From a virus (taxonomy: Duplodnaviria; Caudoviricetes): a stretch of DNA of 64,000 nucleotides. The notes below the pieces were generated by a model. The model ran no database searches and was not told the origin of the DNA. It was given only the letters and a program-made list of their open reading frames with translations. Below are positions 1-7,922 of this stretch, piece by piece (positions within the stretch are counted from its first letter, which is position 1; every line of letters starts with the position of its first letter). Made by a program: the position numbers and the translations under genes. The DNA lies in the IMG/VR virus record IMGVR_UViG_3300021387_001666, positions 44,189 through 108,188 of that record, one strand, 5' to 3'.

Positions 1-25
1 GACACTTAGGAAGTTCAGTCCTACC

Positions 26-3000
26 TTGTTAGATATTGTAGAGGAAGATAACATGTTGCCTTGGTACCAGCAACAGGTACAGGATGCAAAAGAATGGGGC
101 AAGGCTGTAGCAGACATTGATGCAGTAATAAACAATACTGAAGAAAGTATAGCATGGAAGAATAATGTCAGTCAGGCTATTGCTGGTGTGGTGGAGAATG
201 CTATCAACAGAGATGGTATTTTGACAAATTTGGAGAAAGCCATTGATGATGTGCAGAACCCTCAAGTAGCTCAGGATTTTGAGAAAGTGCTAAGTGGCCT
301 GGAACAGTTGGGCTATCAGAGAGATGCTACTATCATTGAGAATAGGAAGCAGAGGAAACAGCGTGAGGAAGCAGAGGCTCAGAGGAAGAAAGATGCAGAG
401 GAAGATGCTAAAATAGCTGCTGCTGAAGCACAGGCTGCTGCACAAGAGGCTGCTAATGCTCAACAGGCACAGGTAGTAAATGCTGACGGCAGTAATCTTC
501 AGAGTCCTTGGGAAGTTGCTCCTATAGACCAAAGTGAGGGTACTGCCGAACAAAGGGGAGAGTTGTCTGAGACTATTGATTTATCAGAAGAAACCCCTTC
601 TCATAATGAGCTGGAAATAGAAGTTCCAACATTAGAAGGAGGTACTAGAAAGATTAATGCAGAAAAAATTAATTACTCGGATTTAAAGAAGGGAGATGCT
701 GTATGGTATAGCGGTCCTGAGACACCTGCTCCCATTAATAGGGCAATAGTTGATGCAGTCGATAACAAAGATGTGTATTCATCAGAGGGCCTAATTCCTA
801 AAAATAGAATCTATTATAGGGAAGGTAATTCTCAAGTCAAAAGTAATAAAGAGGTAACTCCTGTCGTTACTAATAGTGTGGAAGAACAATTGGTTATTGA
901 CAATGGAGACAGTGTACAAGGCAAATCTGCTACTATTGATGAACAAATGAGTGAGACTGGTGATGGTAAGGAAGTACATAGCTCCGATGTAAACATAGAC
1001 TATGCTGCTCAGAATGGTACTGGTGAACATGTAATTGAGACCAGTGCTACCTCATTGAGTGGCAATGCTATGTCTGAATGGAAACCAGGACCTCTTAAGA
1101 GTGATGGTAAATTAGAGCATAAGCATGGTGAAAGACCAGATGATTCCATGAGTAAATATTATGCTTGGATTGAGACTGCTGGTATTAAGCTTCAGAATAT
1201 CATTGATCAAGAATTAGGCCAGATACTCAGACAGAATTCTCATGCCAAGGTAAAGTTTATGGTGGTAAGACCTGAGAGCAATGCCACTAATGATGGGGAT
1301 ATGAAAACCCATTTAATGTTGGTATTGGACTATGACAACAAGATAAACAAAGGTATTACCCATATCCATAATGAAGGGAATGGTGGGGTTATTGAGAGTC
1401 AGGGTAAGCAGTATCTGGTAATTGGTACTGCTGGTTATGGGAGCAGGAATGCTGATAAACAGGTTCTGTATGATACACTATTTAGTAATAATCCAAAGAG
1501 TCCTAATGGCTATGGACTAGTGAAAAGAGGACTTGGAGAGTTCTGGAAAAATAATCCTTCAGAGAGATTTTATGTACATCCTATCTTGGAAACTGAGGTT
1601 GTACCTATGTCATTGATTCCTGGTTACATAGTGAAACAACTGGAAAGTGACAGTAATCCTGAGTTTAGAAGTGTTAGGGAGTTATTGGCTGACCCTATAA
1701 GAAATCCCCTTGGATTGGAAATGAATGATCTTGGCTTTGGTATTCAGGAATTGACTAAGTTCATGGTGGTTGGTGCAAGTCTTGATAGGGTAATGGTTCC
1801 AAGGAATGTGGATAGGAATGCTGGTAGTGCCTTTGTATTAATTCCTGCTAGTAATGGTAAAATGGTTCCAAGTTACTTGAAGCCTTTGTTCTACAATGAG
1901 ATGAATGATGGGGCTTTGAAGAACAGGGTGATTGATTTGCTAAATGAAGTTACTGCTCCTGATTATGTTGCAAGACTTCAGGCTGTAGAGAATTTGAGTA
2001 GGATATTTCATTTTGACAAAGAAGGTAATACTATTCTTTTAATGAAGAGCAAGCCTGTATTGTCATTAGTCAGGGATGGTAAGCCTTTCAAGACCTTTAC
2101 ATTGGACAGTAACTTTGACAGGCAGGTATTTATAGAGGCATTTAGTGAAATGAATCCAAGAGTAAATATCACTAAGTCTGTACTTCAGAGTAATGTATTG
2201 TTACAGCAGTATGATGAAGCAGGAGCCTTGCAGACAGATATTGCTCAACTTGCTACTGCTGGCAGTTCCTATAGTATCTATGGATTGGATGCTCAGGGTA
2301 AGATGCTTCAGCCTGAGACTGTGAATAATGATATTCCAAGGACAGGCAGGAATTCTGACTTTAGGAATGGTGACAGGACTCAGGTGGTATTTAAGCATCA
2401 GTACTATAACTATGATGTTAATGGGGGAAGATATTATTTGAATGGTATTTCTGTGATGGATGAAATTCTGGTAAGACACTTGGATTATAATAGAAGGATT
2501 ATTGAAACTGGTCTGTCTCCTATAGAAAGTAATGGTGTGTGGAGTACTTATATTTTAGGTAACAAAGAGCATCCTGAGGCTGTAAGGGTGCATAGGAATA
2601 CTAAGGAGGTTCAGGAGATTCCTGATGCAGAAGCTATACAGATTATAGAGCGTGTGGAGAAGGAACAGCAAGACAAGGAGAGAGCAGAAGCTGCAAGAAA
2701 GGCTATGGAGCCTAAGAAAGCAGAAGATGTTGAACTTGGTATGGAAGAACCAGGTTTAGTGGTGGATGATGAGACTGGAGAATTGGTTACTCCTGATGAA
2801 CTCAGGCAAAGACAGACTGAAAGGAATGCCCAGCTTGAGGAAAAAGAGAAGAAAGAGGGAGAGGGAGAAACCTCTGCTGAACAACTAAGTAATCAGTCTG
2901 ACAAACTTCACAGGAGTGGAGCAGAACTTAGTAATGCTGTATCTGCTGCTACTCAGAACTTTACTGATTTGACTAAGAGTAAAGTATTCAAGCCATTTAT

Positions 3001-3163
3001 GAAAAGGTTCAGGAGTATTATTCAACAGAAGTGGCCAGATGCTCCAAGTAAGGTAGTAGAATTGGAGAGATTCCTAAGAGACAAGAATATTGAGGTAGAT
3101 GTCATTGGTACATCAGAAACAGATATTCAAGTCTGGCTTGATACTATAAAGAATTGTAGGTAA
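26..3163 (+). CDS. Large virion/cargo-type protein of a crAss-like phage (5'-truncated)
   Basis: 1045-aa ORF whose frame is open back to the window edge; charged coiled-coil stretches and acidic linkers; ends at a bidirectional terminator. Role inferred from size and style only. Confidence 0.55.
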   Translation: MLDIVEEDNMLPWYQQQVQDAKEWGKAVADIDAVINNTEESIAWKNNVSQAIAGVVENAINRDGILTNLEKAIDDVQNPQVAQDFEKVLSGLEQLGYQRDATIIENRKQRKQREEAEAQRKKDAEEDAKIAAAEAQAAAQEAANAQQAQVVNADGSNLQSPWEVAPIDQSEGTAEQRGELSETIDLSEETPSHNELEIEVPTLEGGTRKINAEKINYSDLKKGDAVWYSGPETPAPINRAIVDAVDNKDVYSSEGLIPKNRIYYREGNSQVKSNKEVTPVVTNSVEEQLVIDNGDSVQGKSATIDEQMSETGDGKEVHSSDVNIDYAAQNGTGEHVIETSATSLSGNAMSEWKPGPLKSDGKLEHKHGERPDDSMSKYYAWIETAGIKLQNIIDQELGQILRQNSHAKVKFMVVRPESNATNDGDMKTHLMLVLDYDNKINKGITHIHNEGNGGVIESQGKQYLVIGTAGYGSRNADKQVLYDTLFSNNPKSPNGYGLVKRGLGEFWKNNPSERFYVHPILETEVVPMSLIPGYIVKQLESDSNPEFRSVRELLADPIRNPLGLEMNDLGFGIQELTKFMVVGASLDRVMVPRNVDRNAGSAFVLIPASNGKMVPSYLKPLFYNEMNDGALKNRVIDLLNEVTAPDYVARLQAVENLSRIFHFDKEGNTILLMKSKPVLSLVRDGKPFKTFTLDSNFDRQVFIEAFSEMNPRVNITKSVLQSNVLLQQYDEAGALQTDIAQLATAGSSYSIYGLDAQGKMLQPETVNNDIPRTGRNSDFRNGDRTQVVFKHQYYNYDVNGGRYYLNGISVMDEILVRHLDYNRRIIETGLSPIESNGVWSTYILGNKEHPEAVRVHRNTKEVQEIPDAEAIQIIERVEKEQQDKERAEAARKAMEPKKAEDVELGMEEPGLVVDDETGELVTPDELRQRQTERNAQLEEKEKKEGEGETSAEQLSNQSDKLHRSGAELSNAVSAATQNFTDLTKSKVFKPFMKRFRSIIQQKWPDAPSKVVELERFLRDKNIEVDVIGTSETDIQVWLDTIKNCR

Positions 3164-3165
3164 AG

Positions 3166-3197
3166 AAAAGAGGAAGTCATTTGGCTTCCTCTTTTTT
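3166..3197. terminator. Bidirectional intrinsic terminator
   Basis: aaaagaggaagtca-ttt-ggcttcctctttt hairpin with A/T tails between convergent genes. Confidence 0.85.
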
Positions 3198-3211
3198 ATT
3201 TTTATAGGATT

Positions 3212-3424
3212 TTACTTATTCTTAGTAATACTATCTGCTTGTTCCCAAGTTAAATCTCCTTGAACCCCCTTCATCATTTCCTCCTGGGATAGATTAAATT
3301 CCTCCATAAATACAGTATCAACAGGGACATCTTCTACTGTTTCACTCATGTTGTCTTCTGTAATATAATAAGATAGGATGGTGATTATCAAAACTCCTAT
3401 TATTACAAAACTTTTCTTTTTCAT
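3212..3424 (-). CDS. Small N-terminally membrane-anchored protein (70 aa)
   Basis: ATG at 3424 gives MKKKSFVIIGVLIITILSYY (basic N-terminus, hydrophobic helix) then an acidic tail. Confidence 0.7.
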   Translation of the reverse strand: MKKKSFVIIGVLIITILSYYITEDNMSETVEDVPVDTVFMEEFNLSQEEMMKGVQGDLTWEQADSITKNK

Positions 3425-3431
3425 ATAATTA

Positions 3432-5723
3432 TTATTTTGGTCCTTTACCATTCTTATACCAATATTTTCCTGATGTTTCCCACCAGTCCTTAACAGCAGG
3501 GATTTGCCATGCTGTTTTACCAGCAGAATTAACATCTTTAGTATGCTTGGAATTTCCAGTATTATAATCTCCTTGGGCATAATACCTGAAAGCATCTAGT
3601 AAAGGAGGGGTATTTCTATCTACATTGGCATTATTATATTGAAAGTTTCTCACTAAGTTTTCAGCAGGAATATAACCAAAAGCTGTAAAATAATTAGTAT
3701 TACCTAATGCTCTATTATATATAGCATTTCCATCCTTATAGTTAAAATAAGGCATAGCCCCATTATGTGTTTCCTGAGTAGATAGTCCAAGCATCTCATT
3801 CATATTAATTTGTCTGGGAGCACCATATCTACTTCTTTTCTTGCGAGGATGTTCAGACAGTTGAGGGTTTCTATTATAAATACCTGCATATTTAGCCAGA
3901 CTATCCAAGACATTGGTTGAAGTAGTACTACCATTAATAAGAATAGATTTCTCAGGGATAAAAGGAATATCAAAGACAGGATTAGATGCTCCATTCTGAG
4001 CAGCATTATCTACTATCTTTAGTTTCATCTGCCTTTCCAACCTCTCACTATCATTCTTTGTCTTTGAGGTATTTGGTCTTTGCCTCTTTGGAACCAGTTT
4101 CAATTCTTGTTTGTTTGGATAAACAGCTTTAATTACTTCAGCAGGCTTTCCTCTGTAAGTATATTGTTTTGATTTTTTCTCTGGTTCAGAAGAGAATAAA
4201 CCTTTTAGCCATTCTAAGAAACCACCATCTTCATATGTATTAGTCATAGCCATATCTACCATTGGCTCTTGAAGGGATCCTCCAAGTCCATGCTTCCAGT
4301 GTCTGCTATTCAGTGCAAAGGTAGCCATCTTCTTTTGAGCAGGAGTACCATGCTCCTTAAACCATGTGGCAGAATGACCTGTCCTCTCCTTCAGAGCGGT
4401 AAACTTTCCTCTATTCTCTGGCTTGATATGGATTTTACCTCCTGAATCATACAGACTCATCATTTGGGCCACCTCTTTATAGTGCTCTCCAAAATACTTT
4501 GCATCATCCTCATTATCAAATTTTATGGATTGCATATAGCTTCTCTGATCATTCTCAGGAGACCACACATTGTCTATAAATGCAAGGCCTCTGCCAGTAT
4601 CTTGTATTTGAGGAGTTACCAGATTTTCATAAGACCCCACATATACATTGCCTCTTTTAGGTTCTCCAATACCTTTGTCATATTCATATTCCCCAGGCCA
4701 TGTATAGCTTCTGGTGTCATAGTTAGTCATCCTCCTGGCAGTAGGATTGCCAAAATTGGCACTAATAGCCAGCTTTGACTTCATCATTCCAGTCATTGCA
4801 GGATTGGTATCTCCACCCTCAGCAAACTCATTATATTTGTCTTTGATTTCTTGAAGATTGGTAATACCGTTACTAACAGCTACCTTTATCATAGCAGCTT
4901 TCTCATTCATGGAAAGATTCTCCCATGCGTTTTTAGGTTGATACAAATAACCTCCTTCAGACATCTGTTTGATTGGTATATTGACTATAGGTTTACTAAT
5001 TTTGAGTGCATCAGGTTGTTCAGTATGAGATGGGGCACTAACATTAAAGTTAGGTTTATAATCATCAGAATTTAGATTATATTTAGAGAAATATTGTTGC
5101 TTCCATTCCATTCGTTTCTGTGGAGAACCGATATATCTGAATGCAGTAGGAGTCCCAAGAGCATCTGATAAACTACTTAGTCTCTCATTTTTCTTCATTG
5201 TTGGGATAGTATCTCCTTTATAAACTATATATGGAACACTATTTCCATTACTGTAGCTAAAAGTAGGCTCCCCTTTAAATGTTCTACCTGTCATAAGTAC
5301 ACTATGATGAGGTCCAAGTCTTTCGTCAGAAAATTGAACTAAATCTCCTTCTGCAACACTGTCTATTGGGATTACCTCAAATCCAAATTTATCAGGATTT
5401 CTTCTAAATGTTTTATTTCCTGAGACTTTAGCTCCCCTATCATTAAATTGACTAGTAGCAGTATATATACATGTTTCAGGATCAGCTGTTCCAAAGTATT
5501 TAATCCTTTCCTCATCTGACATTCCTATAATGGCAGCAGCAATGCTCCAAGGTGCTCTGCTTGGTATTATGGGGACATTAGGTGCAGTTTGTTGTAAAAT
5601 ATGAGAAGCTGCTGTACTTCTACTTTTAATAGCTTGCTCCTCTATATAACTTTCTAAAGATGGTATTGTGTAATTACCTTTAGGGGTTACTATTATCTCT
5701 CTTGTCAGGTATTTCTTTGGCAT
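3432..5723 (-). CDS. Modular protein: N-terminal NlpC/P60/CHAP-like domain, xxxGG-delimited modules, C-terminal lysozyme-like domain
   Basis: Cys-His pattern ETCIYTAT...GDLVQF...PHHSVLM; five xxxGG junction motifs; crAss-type IHIKPENRGKFT module; C-terminal LGLSTQET..G...YNTG. Confidence 0.6.
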   Translation of the reverse strand: MPKKYLTREIIVTPKGNYTIPSLESYIEEQAIKSRSTAASHILQQTAPNVPIIPSRAPWSIAAAIIGMSDEERIKYFGTADPETCIYTATSQFNDRGAKVSGNKTFRRNPDKFGFEVIPIDSVAEGDLVQFSDERLGPHHSVLMTGRTFKGEPTFSYSNGNSVPYIVYKGDTIPTMKKNERLSSLSDALGTPTAFRYIGSPQKRMEWKQQYFSKYNLNSDDYKPNFNVSAPSHTEQPDALKISKPIVNIPIKQMSEGGYLYQPKNAWENLSMNEKAAMIKVAVSNGITNLQEIKDKYNEFAEGGDTNPAMTGMMKSKLAISANFGNPTARRMTNYDTRSYTWPGEYEYDKGIGEPKRGNVYVGSYENLVTPQIQDTGRGLAFIDNVWSPENDQRSYMQSIKFDNEDDAKYFGEHYKEVAQMMSLYDSGGKIHIKPENRGKFTALKERTGHSATWFKEHGTPAQKKMATFALNSRHWKHGLGGSLQEPMVDMAMTNTYEDGGFLEWLKGLFSSEPEKKSKQYTYRGKPAEVIKAVYPNKQELKLVPKRQRPNTSKTKNDSERLERQMKLKIVDNAAQNGASNPVFDIPFIPEKSILINGSTTSTNVLDSLAKYAGIYNRNPQLSEHPRKKRSRYGAPRQINMNEMLGLSTQETHNGAMPYFNYKDGNAIYNRALGNTNYFTAFGYIPAENLVRNFQYNNANVDRNTPPLLDAFRYYAQGDYNTGNSKHTKDVNSAGKTAWQIPAVKDWWETSGKYWYKNGKGPK

Positions 5724-5725
5724 AT

Positions 5726-5980
5726 TTATCTAATTAACGGTTCTATTATGCTACAGTAAACACAGGGAGTATAGATAAGCCTGTCTCTTTCAGACGCTAT
5801 ACAGCTATCTTTCTGTTCTGAAGTCCAGCCATTGTTTTCTGCTTTTCTTTCAGCTAAATCAACAGCAATAAGTAATTGGGTTTTATTTTTGGCCTTTTGC
5901 TGTTCTGTACAAGAATGGTTTTCTACAACTGCTAATCCAAGCAGTAGTACTCCTATTATTATATATAGTATTTTTTTCAT
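5726..5980 (-). CDS. Small membrane-anchored/secreted protein
   Basis: MKKILYIIIGVLLLGLAVV signal/anchor; preceded by a promoter motif. Confidence 0.7.
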   Translation of the reverse strand: MKKILYIIIGVLLLGLAVVENHSCTEQQKAKNKTQLLIAVDLAERKAENNGWTSEQKDSCIASERDRLIYTPCVYCSIIEPLIR

Positions 5981-5996
5981 ACTTAATTATATTTGC

Positions 5997-6006
5997 TGCA
6001 AATTTA
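5997..6006 (-). promoter_or_regulatory. Bacteroidota sigma-A type -7 promoter element (TAAATTTGCA)
   Basis: Matches TAnnTTTG, 16 nt upstream of ATG 5980. Confidence 0.7.
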
Positions 6007-6084
6007 AGAATTATTTCTATATTGACAAAGGATATAAGAAGTTTTCTTATCTAACAGACTTTTTATTATCAAAAAGACACAATT

Positions 6085-6546
6085 AGTCCCTTATGGACTT
6101 TCTTGGCTCATCATCTTGAAACTTCCACTGCGCGGTCAGTTCAGCTAACTCGTAGCATAATTTAACTGTAATCTCCCTATTACCCCATTTACCCTCTACC
6201 TCTTTTCCATCATAGCTTGGCGGGGAACAGCTTTATATTCAAGAAATTTGTGGCCTATCGGAGTTTGAGCTATCCTGTTATCTCGGAGATTATGTTTCCT
6301 CTTCTGAGGTATCTCCTACAATCCGACTTCTGACCCTTACCATCTGCTTCCTGTTTCTCAATGGCGTAGGGTGTACATGAGACTATGACTCTCAAGGGCC
6401 TAAATATCTGGTAATAAAAACCAGAGAAAGAAAAATTGCAACCCTATAGTGACTCACAGGTTGCAATTATCTCCATCTCTGGTATATATTTGAGGAGCTC
6501 CCTCCGTCAAATCCAACTATGTCCTTGCAATCAGAGTCACTTGATT
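6085..6546 (-). ncRNA. Candidate structured non-coding RNA / regulatory leader
   Basis: No credible ORF; promoter at 6552-6561 points into it; several hairpins, two with complementary loops (6448-6455 and 6534-6541). Confidence 0.45.
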
Positions 6547-6551
6547 ACTGA

Positions 6552-6561
6552 TGCAAAGATA
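6552..6561 (-). promoter_or_regulatory. -7 promoter element TATCTTTGCA firing into the non-coding region
   Basis: Exact match to the recurrent motif; TTTG-like -33 element ~20 nt upstream. Confidence 0.7.
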
Positions 6562-6707
6562 CACATATTTTTATAATAACCAAAATTTTAGCAGTTAATA
6601 TTTATTAAATAGGTACGGGTACATTATTATATGTATTTCAGTTAACTCTTCTATACAGAATAGATAAGGATTGTCCTAAGCTATAGGGTAAGAAGCTGTA
6701 TTATATT

Positions 6708-6717
6708 TATCTTTGCA
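6708..6717 (+). promoter_or_regulatory. -7 promoter element TATCTTTGCA for the lysis genes
   Basis: Recurrent motif upstream of ATG 6761. Confidence 0.75.
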
Positions 6718-6760
6718 TCAAAGAAAATATATATGTTTAGAATTAATAAAAAGATATAAT

Positions 6761-7093
6761 ATGGCATCAGAAGTTGTAATTACACTGGTAGGATTATTCT
6801 GTACGACAGTATCCAGTATAGTCACATTTATCCTCACAAGGAGGAAGTATAATACTGAGGTAGATTCTCAGCAGATAAAGAACATGGATGAATCTTTCGA
6901 GATTTACAAGAAGGTGATGAATGAGTCCTTGAATGCTCAGAATGAAAAGATTGCACTTCTTCAGAGAGAGAATGACAATCTTAGACAGCAGGTTAATAGC
7001 TTACAAGAACAGGTTATTAGTCTTGTAGGTATGCTTGGTGGTTCTTCTAAAGCAGTAAAAGGTCCAGAACCTATTGGTATGAAAGACATGTAA
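6761..7093 (+). CDS. Putative holin/lysis accessory protein (one TM helix plus coiled coil)
   Basis: Hydrophobic N-terminus followed by heptad coil; directly upstream of the amidase. Confidence 0.6.
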   Translation: MASEVVITLVGLFCTTVSSIVTFILTRRKYNTEVDSQQIKNMDESFEIYKKVMNESLNAQNEKIALLQRENDNLRQQVNSLQEQVISLVGMLGGSSKAVKGPEPIGMKDM

Positions 7094-7094
7094 T

Positions 7095-7742
7095 ATGAAT
7101 AAACAGCAAGCTATTATCATATTAGGTACAGCCCATAGGATGAGAGAGCCTGGAAAGGAATCTCCTGACAAGAGACTGAAGGAATGTATATATTCCAGAG
7201 AGCTGTGTAAAGAGATAGCTGATAAGCTAAGAGCATACGGCTGTAAGGTAGAGATAGACTATGAACCTCTTGACTTACCAAGAAGTATGCAGTCTCCCAA
7301 CTATAAGCAGGAGCTGAATAATGAGCTGGCTATGAGGGTTAACTATGTCAATGAAATATGCAGACAGAAAGGTGCTAAGAATGTATTGTATGTTTCTATT
7401 CATGTAGATGCTTCAGGCAGTGATGGTCAGTGGCATAATCCTAATGGTTGGAGTGTAAGAGTCAGTCTTAATGCCTCAGAGAACAGCAAAAAGCTGGCAG
7501 GATGTCTGTTTGACACAGCTAAGCAGAAAGGTCTTAAAGTAAGACAGCCTTCTATGTCTCAGAAATACTGGCCTCAGAATCTATTTGTATTGAGGAACAC
7601 AGAATGTCCCGCAGTGTTGACAGAAAATTTATTTCAGGATAACAAAGCTGATGTAGATTACCTGCTGTCAGATGTTGGCAGGCATGTAATAGCAAGACTT
7701 CATGTAGAGGGAATATTGAAATATGTTAGTGATGCGAATTAA
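7095..7742 (+). CDS. N-acetylmuramoyl-L-alanine amidase (Amidase_3), endolysin
   Basis: ILGTAH...E, YVSIHVDA, PAVLTENLF zinc-amidase motifs. Confidence 0.9.
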   Translation: MNKQQAIIILGTAHRMREPGKESPDKRLKECIYSRELCKEIADKLRAYGCKVEIDYEPLDLPRSMQSPNYKQELNNELAMRVNYVNEICRQKGAKNVLYVSIHVDASGSDGQWHNPNGWSVRVSLNASENSKKLAGCLFDTAKQKGLKVRQPSMSQKYWPQNLFVLRNTECPAVLTENLFQDNKADVDYLLSDVGRHVIARLHVEGILKYVSDAN

Positions 7743-7794
7743 TGATTGTGGGAATTTCTTTTCATTTGAAGTTGAATTAGTTAAATGGTTGAGG

Positions 7795-7827
7795 AGAGGG
7801 AGGCTGTGAAGTTTCCCTCTTTTATTT
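7795..7827 (+). terminator. Intrinsic terminator
   Basis: agagggaggc-tgtgaa-gtttccctct plus T tract. Confidence 0.75.
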
Positions 7828-7887
7828 ACTGTGTTAAGACAGATTAAGCATTATCTTTAGGTCTTAGGCTATCCCTTAAATCCTTTA

Positions 7888-7897
7888 TATCTTTGCC
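7888..7897 (+). promoter_or_regulatory. -7 promoter element TATCTTTGCC for the portal gene
   Basis: TAnnTTTG motif 25 nt upstream of ATG 7923. Confidence 0.7.
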
Positions 7898-7922
7898 TAC
7901 AAAAAGAGTAAAGATTGTTTTT

